Below, piece after piece: positions 47,769 through 56,936 of a stretch of DNA of 64,000 bases (its first letter is position 1; every line of letters begins with the position of its first letter). The position numbers and the translations under genes are program-made. The notes beneath the pieces were generated by a model that searched no databases, was not told where the DNA came from, and saw nothing but the letters and a program-made list of their open reading frames with translations. The DNA is from an uncultured Actinomycetota bacterium (GTDB lineage: Bacteria; Actinomycetota; Actinomycetes; CAVWCF01). The stretch is taken from positions 128,001-192,000 of the forward strand of contig CAVWCF010000005.1 in the NCBI GenBank assembly GCA_963753435.1. The letters are read 5' to 3'.

Positions 47769-48386
47769 TCAGGGCTGCTGCGGGAAGCCGCGGATGCCGC
47801 GCCACGCGAGCCGGGAGATCAGTGCGACTGCGGTATCGCGGGGCAGCCGATCCTCGCGGCCGAGCCAGTAGCGAGCACTCACCTGTGCCATGCCGGTGAC
47901 GGCCACGGCCAAGAGGTGTGCTTCTTCGTCGCCGAGGCCGGCGTCCTCAGCGAACGCCTTGCTGATCAGTTCCGCGCACTCGGTCAGCGCCGCGTCGACC
48001 CGATCGCGGACAAGTGGCTCATTGGTCAGGTCCGACTCGAACACCAGCCGGAAAGCGCCGTCCTGATCGTCGATGAAGTCGAAGAACGCACCGATGGTTG
48101 CCGGCACCCGCTGTTTGTTCTCCGTTGTGGAGGCCAACCCCTGGCGCACGGTGTTGACGAGACCTTCGGCTCCGTCCTCCAGCAGGGCCAGGTAGAGCTC
48201 CCGCTTGCCGGGGAAGTGCTGGTAGAGGACTGGCTTGCTGACTCCGGCGGCTGTTGCGATGTCGTCCATGGACGCGGCGTGATAGCCCTCCGCCACGAAT
48301 ACCTGCCGGGCCGCGCTTAGCAGTTGTGCGCGCCGCTCCTCCCGGGGTAGCCGTACCCGGGGCGCGGTCGAGTCGGCCAGGGTCAT
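47769..48386 (-). CDS. TetR family regulator (Rv3208/mycobacterial FasR-like)
   Basis: RLPREERRAQLL, GYHAASMDDIA, GVSKPVLYQHFPGK, FRLVFESD, AWRGI; adjacent to DUF3107. Confidence 0.9.
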   Translation of the reverse strand: MTLADSTAPRVRLPREERRAQLLSAARQVFVAEGYHAASMDDIATAAGVSKPVLYQHFPGKRELYLALLEDGAEGLVNTVRQGLASTTENKQRVPATIGAFFDFIDDQDGAFRLVFESDLTNEPLVRDRVDAALTECAELISKAFAEDAGLGDEEAHLLAVAVTGMAQVSARYWLGREDRLPRDTAVALISRLAWRGIRGFPQQP

Positions 48387-48419
48387 GCCGACGGCCCGCA
48401 CGCGATCATGGGCGAAGGC

Positions 48420-48431
48420 TACCCGCCGGTA
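48420..48431. promoter_or_regulatory. TAC-N6-GTA box overlapping the putative -10 of the TetR gene
   Basis: TACCCGCCGGTA; TAGCCT on the minus strand at 48416-48421. Confidence 0.5.
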
Positions 48432-48458
48432 ACCCCCGTCATTGGGTAGGCGCCGGAT

Positions 48459-48686
48459 CTACCGGTACTCGTCCTCGTCACCCTCAACGATCAGGTCCTG
48501 CTCCTGCGCATCGGCCGGGTTGGCTTCCAAGTCGCCGAGATGGCTGCGGGACCGGCCGTGTTCGGGGGTCGTAGCGCGATGCTGCTCCTCGGCATCGGCG
48601 ACGGGGACCTCGGAGTCGGTCTCAACCAGTTCCTCGGTCTCGGTCAACTCGTCGATCTCGTCTTCGCGAACGTCCTCATCGGCCAT
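48459..48686 (-). CDS. Small highly acidic hypothetical protein
   Basis: 75 aa Asp/Glu-rich with internal repeat PVADAEEQ / NPADAQEQ; TACGGT 6 nt upstream of ATG. Confidence 0.75.
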   Translation of the reverse strand: MADEDVREDEIDELTETEELVETDSEVPVADAEEQHRATTPEHGRSRSHLGDLEANPADAQEQDLIVEGDEDEYR

Positions 48687-48712
48687 ACCCCCACCGTAGC
48701 CCTGGGCGGCGG

Positions 48713-49636
48713 TTAGTTGGGCCTTGGCAACTCTGGTGCTGCGGGACCGCCGCCTTCGGTGGCCCGAGTCCAATCCAGTAGATCTCCGTCCGAAGCCACC
48801 CTGGCCAGTACCTGGTGCGGTCCGAATCGAAGCTCCGCTGCCTCCCGGCAGGCAGCCACCTCCCGCCAAGTGATGGGCGTCGAAACAGTGGGCGCGGCGG
48901 CACCGCGCAGCGAATACGGCGCGATCGTGTTCTTGGCGACATGGTTCTGGCTCCAGTCGACGAAGACGCGGCCCTTGCGCAGGTCACGATCCATTCGATC
49001 GACGACGAGATCAGGTAGTGCCAGTGCCAACTTCGCCGCGAGGCGTCGGGCGTACTTGGAGGTGTCGTCCGCAGCGCTGGACCGAACGGGTGCGAGCAAT
49101 TGCAGACCCTTGCCTCCGGATGTCTTGACTGCGGGGTGTAGCCCGTCAGCGACAAGGAGTTCACGGGCGAGCAGTGCCACCTCGCAGCACTGCACCACGT
49201 CCGCCGGCGGGCCAGGGTCCAGGTCAACAACCAGTCGATCCGGTAGTTGCGCGCCGCCGGCATCAACCCGCCACTGGGGTACGTGGATTTCCAGTGCGGC
49301 CAGGTTCGCCAAGAACACCAACCCGGCCACGTCGTCGACCAGTCCGGCCTCGACGGTCGAACCGGACTCCGAACCGGTGGGAACGATCTCGCGGCGCAGC
49401 CAGTCCGGTGCATGCGGTGGCACGTTCTTGGTGAAGAAGGGATCCGCTTCGACGCCATCGGGCCACCGAGTCAGCGTCAGCGGACGACGCTCAAGGTGCG
49501 GCAGCATCGCCGGGGCGATCCGCGTGTAGTAGTCGATAACCTCGGCCTTGGTGAAGCCGGTTTGTGGATACAGCACCTTGTCCAGGTTCGTCAGCCGCAG
49601 CCGCCTGCCGGCGACATCTACGGTGACTGCATCCAC
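48713..49636 (-). CDS. Stand-alone LigD-type primase-polymerase (NHEJ polymerase domain)
   Basis: LTNLDKVLYP, TKAEVIDYY, RWPDG, FFTKN, DLDPG, KTSGGKG, VFVDWSQN, APYSLR; no ligase domain. Confidence 0.92.
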   Translation of the reverse strand: MDAVTVDVAGRRLRLTNLDKVLYPQTGFTKAEVIDYYTRIAPAMLPHLERRPLTLTRWPDGVEADPFFTKNVPPHAPDWLRREIVPTGSESGSTVEAGLVDDVAGLVFLANLAALEIHVPQWRVDAGGAQLPDRLVVDLDPGPPADVVQCCEVALLARELLVADGLHPAVKTSGGKGLQLLAPVRSSAADDTSKYARRLAAKLALALPDLVVDRMDRDLRKGRVFVDWSQNHVAKNTIAPYSLRGAAAPTVSTPITWREVAACREAAELRFGPHQVLARVASDGDLLDWTRATEGGGPAAPELPRPN

Positions 49637-49689
49637 TGGCGCTCCGTTCGGTCAGTGCCACCATTGAGGCCAACCGTCAGGAGGATGGC

Positions 49690-50496
49690 ATGCGCACGGT
49701 CTGGAAAGGCGCAGTCGGCTTCGGCATGGTCACCATTCCCGTTCGGCTGTACTCGGCCACGCAAGAGAAGGACATCCAGTTTCACCAGGTGCACCGTGAT
49801 GACGGTGGTCGCATCCGCTACAAGCGCGTGTGCAGCATCGACGGTGCGGAGGTGTCGTACGCCGATGTCGCCAAGGGCTACGACCTGCCTACCGGCGAGA
49901 TGGTGATCCTTGACGACTCCGACTTCGCCGGGCTGCCGCTGAGTAGCAGCAAACAGATGTCGGTGCAGCAGTTCGTCCCGCTGGAGCAGGTCGACCCGAT
50001 CCTGTTCAACAAGTCCTATTTCCTTGAGCCCGACGAACTCAGCGTGAAGCCGTACCTACTGCTCCGCGACGCGCTGCGGAGGTCGGGGCTGGTGGCGCTG
50101 GTCAAGGTGGCGCTGCGGCAGCGCGAGGCGCTCGGTTGCCTGCGGGCACGCGACGACGTGCTCGTCCTGGAGACGATGTTGTGGCCGGATGAGATCCGAA
50201 CCCCGCAGTTCGACGTGCTGCAGACCGAAGCGGAGTTGACCGAGGCGGAGACGGCAATGGCCGATGCCCTGGTCGCCACCCTTGCTGGCGACTTCGACCC
50301 GGACGAACACACCGACGCCTACCGCGAAGCGCTGCAGCAGGTGATCGAAGCCAAGATCGCCGGTGACGAGATCGTCCCCGCTCCGGAGCAGGAGGGTTCG
50401 GGCACGGTGGTCGACTTGATGGCGACGCTGCAGGCCAGCATCGAAGCGGCCCGCCGAGCGCGCGCGGAAGCCGCGCAGGAAGCGACCGGGACCTGA
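49690..50496 (+). CDS. ku: Ku non-homologous end-joining protein
   Basis: MRTVWKGAVGFGMVTIPVRLYSAT, RIRY, KGYD, SYFLEP, LWPDEIR, VVDLM. Confidence 0.95.
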   Translation: MRTVWKGAVGFGMVTIPVRLYSATQEKDIQFHQVHRDDGGRIRYKRVCSIDGAEVSYADVAKGYDLPTGEMVILDDSDFAGLPLSSSKQMSVQQFVPLEQVDPILFNKSYFLEPDELSVKPYLLLRDALRRSGLVALVKVALRQREALGCLRARDDVLVLETMLWPDEIRTPQFDVLQTEAELTEAETAMADALVATLAGDFDPDEHTDAYREALQQVIEAKIAGDEIVPAPEQEGSGTVVDLMATLQASIEAARRARAEAAQEATGT

Positions 50497-50654
50497 GGCG
50501 GGGGCGGCCCCGCGCACAGTTCCGGCAACTGAAGCGGCCGTTCGGGTGAATTACAGCCGCGGCATGGCATCACGGCCGCCCCATTCGTCACAATCGCCAC
50601 TATGACCGGTCCAGACCCGGCAGCCATCGAGGCTGCCTTGGGGCGGTCCCGGGG

Positions 50655-51314
50655 GTGGCCGGGGCGGAGGTTCACCCCGACACTGCTGCCCCCGGCGGCC
50701 CGGGCATCCTGCGCCTGACCCTTGGACCGGACGCCGATGAGGCCACCGTCGCCGCCGCCGTGGCCCAGGTGCTCAGTCGAGATTTCGACCTGTCCGTCGA
50801 CGCCGCCGGGGTACGCGCGGCGAGCGCGGCAGCTCCGTCGCGCGGCCGCCACGCGCGGCCGGAGTCCGGTTCGCGCCTGCGGCTAGTACGCGACCAGATG
50901 CCGGCGCCCGCTCCGGCGCCGGAGCCCGCGCCTTCGGCGCGGATCCGGATTGACCGCTTCGGGGTGACGACCACCGGCCTGGACGTGACCGCGGAGGTGG
51001 TCCTCAGTGGTCCCGGTGGCCCCGCGACTGGGGCCGCGACTTGCCCCGCGACTCCGTCGGGGGTGCTGCGCGCCGCCGCGGAAGCCACGTGTGAGGCCCT
51101 CGGCCGGCTTGGCCCGGTGCGCGTCGGGCTGGAGCAGGTGCTGGAGTCGGTTTCCGGTGCGGCTCGCTACGTGCTGGTCGACGTCGTCATGCTCACCGAG
51201 GGCAGTCAGGTCGCACTAGTCGGAGCAGCGCGAGTTCGCGACGACGCCCGGCAGGCGGCGGTAAGGGCCGTGCTGGCGGCAGTGAACCGCCGCATGGACA
51301 CTGTGCTTTTGTGA
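50655..51314 (+). CDS. Hypothetical protein; probably starts at 50602 with a 1-nt frameshift near 50636-50643
   Basis: C-terminal alpha/beta domain ending VGAA...AAVRAVLAAVNRR; upstream ATG frame joins naturally if one base is added. Confidence 0.7.
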   Translation: MAGAEVHPDTAAPGGPGILRLTLGPDADEATVAAAVAQVLSRDFDLSVDAAGVRAASAAAPSRGRHARPESGSRLRLVRDQMPAPAPAPEPAPSARIRIDRFGVTTTGLDVTAEVVLSGPGGPATGAATCPATPSGVLRAAAEATCEALGRLGPVRVGLEQVLESVSGAARYVLVDVVMLTEGSQVALVGAARVRDDARQAAVRAVLAAVNRRMDTVLL

Positions 51315-52303
51315 ACCGTGCCGATTCTGCGAACCGTGCTCGTGCCAACCGTGCTGTTGTGACCGCGGCCGGTGGCGAATCGGACCGAGCCGCTTCGATC
51401 GACTCACCGGTGGATCCAGCCTGGGAGCCAGTGCCGGGGGAGCGGGTGGAACTGGATGGATGGACGCTGAACGTTCGGCGGCTCTCCGTCGGCGCATCCG
51501 ATTCACCGGTTCTGTACGTGCACGGCCTGGGCGGGTCCGCACTCAACTTCACGGCCCTGATGCGGTCGATGGGGGACCGCGACCAGATCGCACCCGACCT
51601 GCCCGGCTTCGGCTACAGCCCGCCCCCCGATGACGGTGACTACACGCCCGCCGGTGCGGCGCGCGCGATCGCAGCCTTGCTGCAGCGACTTGTCCCCGGT
51701 CGTGCCGTACACCTGGTCGGCAACTCCATGGGTGGGGCGGTCGCCGTCGTAATGGCTGAGCAGCATCCGGACCTGGTGCGATCGCTGACGCTGCTGTCGC
51801 CGGCTCTTCCTGATCGGCGCCCGGGCGTAATGCGGGCGCAGGTCGGGTCGGTGGCCCTGCCGGTGCTGGGGCCACGGCTGGCCCGAGCGGTCTTGCAGAT
51901 GGATGCCGATCGCCGGGTTACCGCGATGCTGCAGATGCTCTACGGCGATCCGACGACGGCTACTCCGGGCGAACGGGCCGCCGCCGCTGCGGAGTTTCGC
52001 CGCCGGGCCAAGCTGCCGTACGCGGAGGACGTGCTGGTCAGCGCGACCCGGGGGATTGTCGCTGCCTACTTGGAGACCGGGCCGAACTCCCTTTGGCGCC
52101 GGGCGGCCCGCATCGACGTCCCGACACTGCTCGTCTACTCCCGCCACGACCGAATCGTCGATCCCCGGCAAGCTCAACGGGCGTATGCGACGTTCCCGAA
52201 CGCAACAGTCCGTGTGCTCTCCGGAACCGGACACGTGGCGCAGATGGAGCGTCCACGGCTGGTCGCCGGACTCCTACAGCGGCATCTGGCTTTGGCTGAC
52301 TGA
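51311..52303 (+). CDS. Alpha/beta hydrolase
   Basis: VHGLGGS, DLPGFG, GNSMGG, HDRIV, GHVAQME. Confidence 0.9.
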   Translation: MNRADSANRARANRAVVTAAGGESDRAASIDSPVDPAWEPVPGERVELDGWTLNVRRLSVGASDSPVLYVHGLGGSALNFTALMRSMGDRDQIAPDLPGFGYSPPPDDGDYTPAGAARAIAALLQRLVPGRAVHLVGNSMGGAVAVVMAEQHPDLVRSLTLLSPALPDRRPGVMRAQVGSVALPVLGPRLARAVLQMDADRRVTAMLQMLYGDPTTATPGERAAAAAEFRRRAKLPYAEDVLVSATRGIVAAYLETGPNSLWRRAARIDVPTLLVYSRHDRIVDPRQAQRAYATFPNATVRVLSGTGHVAQMERPRLVAGLLQRHLALAD

Positions 52304-52309
52304 GCGCCG

Positions 52310-53212
52310 GTGTCGACGTCGGAAACGGAGATCCGCCGACTCCTTACGGAATGGTCGAACCTGACCCCGAGTTTGGCCACGGCGACGGTCACGCCGCTTC
52401 CTGGTGGGACCGCACGGCGGTCTTTTCTGGTTCGAGCGACCGGTATCGACGCGGTACTGCGGCTACCGCGCCCGGGCCCGGCGCCGTCGCTGGCAGCCGA
52501 GGCGGCCGCGGTGCGCGCCGCGGCTGCAGTGCACGCAGGGCCGCTGTTGCTGGCGGAGTCGAACATGGGCCTGCTGATCGCCCACCAGCCCGGCCGAGCG
52601 CTCACCCCCGCGGACCTGCGCGACGCGGAGGTGCGCCACCGGCTTTGCGCTGCGTTGGGCCGCTTGCACACCGCCACTCCGCCGGCGCCCCGACTCGACC
52701 TGGCCGGTTGGACCGGGGCGTACCGCCGCGAATTGGCGGACGCCGGGATCTCCGAACCTGCCGGATACGCCCAGGTCGTGTCCGACCTCAGCCCGATAGC
52801 CCGCGCACTGGCGGAAACTGCAGCACCGGAAGTGGCCGCGCACGGCGACGCCGTTACGGACAACTTCGTCGACGACGGCGAACGAGTGCACGTGATCGAC
52901 CTGGAGTACGCCGTCCGGGCCGAACCCTGGTTCGACCTGGCCGCCCTCCTGGACTCCGCCGACCCGACCTCCGATGCCGGCGCCCTCGCGGCCGATCTAG
53001 TCCACGCCTACTCGCCGTCAGGCCGTCACGGGGACGCCCTGGTGGCCCGAGTCCGGGCCTGGCGGCTCCTGGCGCGGGCGGCCTGGTGGCCGTGGGCGAT
53101 GCTGCCGGCGCAGCGGTCCAACCCGCGGGCTGAGCGTTGGCGGGATTGGCCGGCCTTGCGCGAGCTGGTTGCCCAGGAGTTGCCCGGGTTGGCCGCGGAA
53201 CTGGTCGGTTGA
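52310..53212 (+). CDS. Choline kinase / aminoglycoside phosphotransferase-like protein
   Basis: LPGG, AHGDAVTDNF, VIDLEYA, WFDLA. Confidence 0.82.
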   Translation: MSTSETEIRRLLTEWSNLTPSLATATVTPLPGGTARRSFLVRATGIDAVLRLPRPGPAPSLAAEAAAVRAAAAVHAGPLLLAESNMGLLIAHQPGRALTPADLRDAEVRHRLCAALGRLHTATPPAPRLDLAGWTGAYRRELADAGISEPAGYAQVVSDLSPIARALAETAAPEVAAHGDAVTDNFVDDGERVHVIDLEYAVRAEPWFDLAALLDSADPTSDAGALAADLVHAYSPSGRHGDALVARVRAWRLLARAAWWPWAMLPAQRSNPRAERWRDWPALRELVAQELPGLAAELVG

Positions 53213-53231
53213 CGTCGACACCCTCGCGCCA

Positions 53232-53257
53232 GGAATGCGCGGCGGTCTGAGACCGTT
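53232..53257 (+). promoter_or_regulatory. SigR/SigH-type ECF promoter upstream of moeZ
   Basis: GGAAT-N18-GTT (53232-53236, 53255-53257), exact consensus spacing. Confidence 0.75.
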
Positions 53258-53294
53258 ATGCGCTTAGCACCCGGAACACTCACAGGAGCAAGAC

Positions 53295-54485
53295 GTGTCT
53301 TTGCCGCCATTGGTCGACCCGGCCGCTGACCTGTCCGTAGACGAGGTCCGCCGCTACAGCCGTCACTTGATCATCCCGGATGTCGGGATGGACGGGCAGA
53401 AGCGGCTGAAGAACGCGCGCGTCCTGTGTGTGGGCGCCGGGGGTCTGGGCAGCCCGGCGCTGATGTACCTGGCGGCTGCTGGCGTGGGGACCCTGGGGAT
53501 CGTCGAGTTCGACGTCGTGGACGAGTCCAACCTGCAGCGGCAAATCATTCACGGCCAGTCCGACGTGGGCCGGTCCAAGGCCGAGAGCGCGCGCGACTCC
53601 GTCAAGGAGATCAACCCCTACGTCAACGTCGAAGTACACGAGACAAGACTCGACACCGACAACGTGCTGGAACTGTTCGGGCAGTACGACCTGATCGTCG
53701 ACGGCACTGACAACTTCGCCACCCGATACTTGGTCAACGACGCCTGCGTGCTTTTGGGCAAGCCCTACGTCTGGGGCTCTATCTACCGATTCGAGGGACA
53801 GGCCAGCGTCTTCTGGTCCGAGCACGGGCCGTGCTATCGGTGCCTTTACCCCGAGCCGCCGCCGCCGGGCATGGTTCCGTCCTGCGCCGAGGGCGGCGTC
53901 CTCGGTGTGTTGTGTGCGTCCATCGGTTCGATTCAGGTGACCGAGGCGATCAAGGTGCTCACCGGCATCGGCGAACCACTCGTTGGTCGGCTGATGACCT
54001 ACGACGGCCTGGAGATGGCCTATCGCCGGATGAACGTGCGCAAGGACCCCAACTGCGCCGTTTGTGGCAATAACCCGACGGTGACCGAACTAATCGACTA
54101 CGAGGCTTTCTGTGGCGCGCTGTCGGAGGAGGCGGCCGACGCAGTCATCGACTCAACGATCTCGGTGAAGCAGCTCAAGGAGATGCTCGATGCCCGGGAC
54201 GCCGGTGCCGAGGATTTCGTGCTCATCGACGTTCGCGAGCCGAACGAATACGACATCGTCGCCATCCCCGGCTCGGTCCTGATCCCCAAGAACGACTTCC
54301 TGCTCGGATCGGCGTTGGAAGGGCTGCCGCAGGACAAGCGCATCGTCCTGCACTGCAAGGTCGGCGGTCGGTCCGCGGAGGTGCTGGCAGTGGTCAAGGG
54401 CGCGGGCTTCGCCGACGCTGTCCACGTGGGCGGCGGGGTAGTCGCGTGGGTCAACCAGATCGAGCCGCACAAGCCGGTTTACTGA
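53295..54485 (+). CDS. moeZ: Adenylyltransferase/sulfurtransferase MoeZ (MoeB-rhodanese)
   Basis: RYSRHL, GAGGLGS, SNLQRQ, CYRC, PSCAEGGVLG, CAVC, rhodanese DVRE...HCKVGGRS. Confidence 0.95.
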   Translation: MSLPPLVDPAADLSVDEVRRYSRHLIIPDVGMDGQKRLKNARVLCVGAGGLGSPALMYLAAAGVGTLGIVEFDVVDESNLQRQIIHGQSDVGRSKAESARDSVKEINPYVNVEVHETRLDTDNVLELFGQYDLIVDGTDNFATRYLVNDACVLLGKPYVWGSIYRFEGQASVFWSEHGPCYRCLYPEPPPPGMVPSCAEGGVLGVLCASIGSIQVTEAIKVLTGIGEPLVGRLMTYDGLEMAYRRMNVRKDPNCAVCGNNPTVTELIDYEAFCGALSEEAADAVIDSTISVKQLKEMLDARDAGAEDFVLIDVREPNEYDIVAIPGSVLIPKNDFLLGSALEGLPQDKRIVLHCKVGGRSAEVLAVVKGAGFADAVHVGGGVVAWVNQIEPHKPVY

Positions 54486-54506
54486 CGGTTCGGGTTCAGG
54501 GCCGGT

Positions 54507-56876
54507 TCACAGCGCGCCCTTGCGCTGCAGGTACCCCAAGGACAGGTAGCCCGGCGGCACTGGCAGCCAGAACGTGACCAACCGGAACAGCAGTACGCCG
54601 GGCACACTCACCGCGGACGGGATGCCAACAGCCGTCAAGCCGGCCACCAGTGCGGCCTCGACAGCGCCGAGACCGCCGGGAGTCGGCGCGGCCGAACCCA
54701 GCGCAGCGCCGGCGAGATAGACCACCGCAACTGCTGACAGCGGTGCCGACACCCCGAACGCCTGCAACGACGCGTAGAGGCAAAGGATGTAGGCGATATT
54801 CAGGAGCAGATTCCCCCCGAGGCCCAACGTCAGCTTCTTCGGGGTCTGCGCGACATCGAGCAGGGCTGGGATCACCTGCTGCAGCAAAGGCTGAACCAGT
54901 CCGACCACCCGTCGGCGGATTGGGGGCAGCAGGAACAGGAAGATGGTCAGCCCGAGCAGGATCAAGCCGACGAACAGAACGCGCTCGCTGGGCACCAGTT
55001 CGCTGCCGGTGTTGACCCCGGTCACGACGATGGCGATAGCCAGCAGCGCCAGGTGCACGACGAACTGACCCACCTGGGCGACGCCGACCTGAGCCGAGGC
55101 GACGGAAACCGGCGCACCGGCGCGATTGACGTACCGCACGTTCACGGCCAGCCCGCCGATGGCGGGTGGGGTAACGAGGGACGTGAAGGAGGCGGCCAAC
55201 TGGGCCAGGAACGTCCGGCCCCAACGCAGCGGCACGGAGACAAAGCCCATCAGGATCATGGTTGCGGCCAGATAGGTGACTAGCGAGAAGAGCAGCGCCA
55301 CGCCGCCCCAGGCCCAGTTGGCTGCGGTGATGACCTCGACCAGGTCCACCGAGCCCAGCTGCGACAGCAGTACGTACGCCCCCAGCGCGCCTGCGACGGC
55401 GATGAAGACTGTGCGCGGCGACAGTCGCTCCAATTGGATTTCGGGCACGTCGGCCGACGGCACCTGGCCGCGGATCTGATCGCGCAACTGACCGAGCAGT
55501 TCCCGTCGACCCTTGAGGTCGGCACGGTTGGCCGAACTCAGCGCGATCGGCTGCAGCAAGGCCGTGGCCCGCACAACCGGCGCCTTGCCGAGGACTCGTA
55601 TCGCCGAGTCGACGGCTCGCTCCGGGCCCACCCGTAGCCCGCACGTGACCAGCAGTTCCGCAACGTCAACGTCACGCCGCAGCCGGCTGCTGGCCACTTC
55701 GCCCGCGTCCCACCCGATCAGGTTCACGTGTCGGCCATCAAGCAGCACGTTGCGGGCGGCCAATTCCCCGTGGGCCAATCCCGCTTCGCGAACATGCCGC
55801 AGCTCGTCCCAGATGGCGTCCAGCTGGGCGTCGCTGACGTCGGTCGTCTCGCTCAACGGCACGCCCTGCACGTGTGTCAGCAAGGTGACGATTGCGTCGT
55901 CATCGACCTCGCGGGCAGCCAGGAGCCGGGGTGTGCTGACCCCGGCCCTTTCGGTGGCCAGCGACATCAGGCTGGCGCGGTCGACTGCCTGGCGCATGGT
56001 CCGGGGGACTGGGCGCTGGATTGCCTCGCGCACCCGAATCGCCCGCCAGGCGGCTGGCAGCAGTCCGACACCTTCGCGGTCCCGGTCGTAGACCCGCACA
56101 TCCAGGGGCCCGCCCGGCGTCAGCGCCGAGTAGGTGCGCACCTGATCGTCACTGACCAGCGCGAGCCGGCTTGGTGGGAATCCGGCACCAGCCAGCGTTG
56201 CTGCGATCTCTTCTCCGGTGGGGCGCAGATTCGGAGTCCCAAGCGCGAACCGGGTGGCCATGCCCACGCTGCGGCCCAGCAGCAGCGTCAAGATCATGGA
56301 AAGCGCGGTGGCTCCGGACAGCACGTTGGCTATGACACCCAGGCCCACCGCAATCCAAATGAGTCCGCGGATTCGCGGTCGCGAGCGGGTTTCGACCACG
56401 CTGAACAAGGCGATACCGCCGGCCAGGAACGCGGGCACGGCCGCACTGTCCGCCGTTCCCACCAGCGAGCGGCGCAACTCGTCCGTGGCGCCGTTCTGGA
56501 TCCACCACTCCAGGCCGAACGCGATGACTGCAGTCACGGTGAACGCAATGAGCCCGTGCACGAACTCCCGGAACTGACGGCGTACCCCGGCGTCGACGGC
56601 GAGCACGATCGGCAACACCAGCGCCGCCAGCGTCGTGATGAAGGCCGCAACCGGCAGGAACAGCGTCGGCAGCAGTCCCGCCGCCTCCTGCACGTCGCTG
56701 TCGATGCCCTCAGATGTTGAGGTGGCGAAGCGGGCCAGGAGCAGGACGAGAACGACGCCGATGCCGGCCAGGACCGCGCGGGCCAGGTCCACCCGCCGAT
56801 GCACCTGCCCGGGCTGGTCCGGTTCCTCGACCACGCAGCTAACCGAGGCGCCGGTCGGCGCCATCTGCTCGCTCAC
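54507..56876 (-). CDS. Lysylphosphatidylglycerol synthase TM (flippase-like) protein with central kinase-like domain
   Basis: N- and C-terminal multi-TM regions, AHGEL..NV, PTPGGLGAVEAAL, FRLVTFWLP. Confidence 0.88.
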   Translation of the reverse strand: MSEQMAPTGASVSCVVEEPDQPGQVHRRVDLARAVLAGIGVVLVLLLARFATSTSEGIDSDVQEAAGLLPTLFLPVAAFITTLAALVLPIVLAVDAGVRRQFREFVHGLIAFTVTAVIAFGLEWWIQNGATDELRRSLVGTADSAAVPAFLAGGIALFSVVETRSRPRIRGLIWIAVGLGVIANVLSGATALSMILTLLLGRSVGMATRFALGTPNLRPTGEEIAATLAGAGFPPSRLALVSDDQVRTYSALTPGGPLDVRVYDRDREGVGLLPAAWRAIRVREAIQRPVPRTMRQAVDRASLMSLATERAGVSTPRLLAAREVDDDAIVTLLTHVQGVPLSETTDVSDAQLDAIWDELRHVREAGLAHGELAARNVLLDGRHVNLIGWDAGEVASSRLRRDVDVAELLVTCGLRVGPERAVDSAIRVLGKAPVVRATALLQPIALSSANRADLKGRRELLGQLRDQIRGQVPSADVPEIQLERLSPRTVFIAVAGALGAYVLLSQLGSVDLVEVITAANWAWGGVALLFSLVTYLAATMILMGFVSVPLRWGRTFLAQLAASFTSLVTPPAIGGLAVNVRYVNRAGAPVSVASAQVGVAQVGQFVVHLALLAIAIVVTGVNTGSELVPSERVLFVGLILLGLTIFLFLLPPIRRRVVGLVQPLLQQVIPALLDVAQTPKKLTLGLGGNLLLNIAYILCLYASLQAFGVSAPLSAVAVVYLAGAALGSAAPTPGGLGAVEAALVAGLTAVGIPSAVSVPGVLLFRLVTFWLPVPPGYLSLGYLQRKGAL

Positions 56877-56936
56877 CGGGCAATCGTGGCAGAGGATCAG
56901 CCCGCAACCGGTCCCGGTCGTGGCCACAATGCCCAC

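Noticed and set aside
51314-51354. Three AACCGTGC copies at the hydrolase start
   Set aside because: Irregular 18/15-bp spacing, in frame; most simply slippage in a variable N-terminus
52310-53212. Aminoglycoside resistance kinase
   Set aside because: Motifs (IDLEYA) fit choline-kinase-like proteins; no mobile or resistance context
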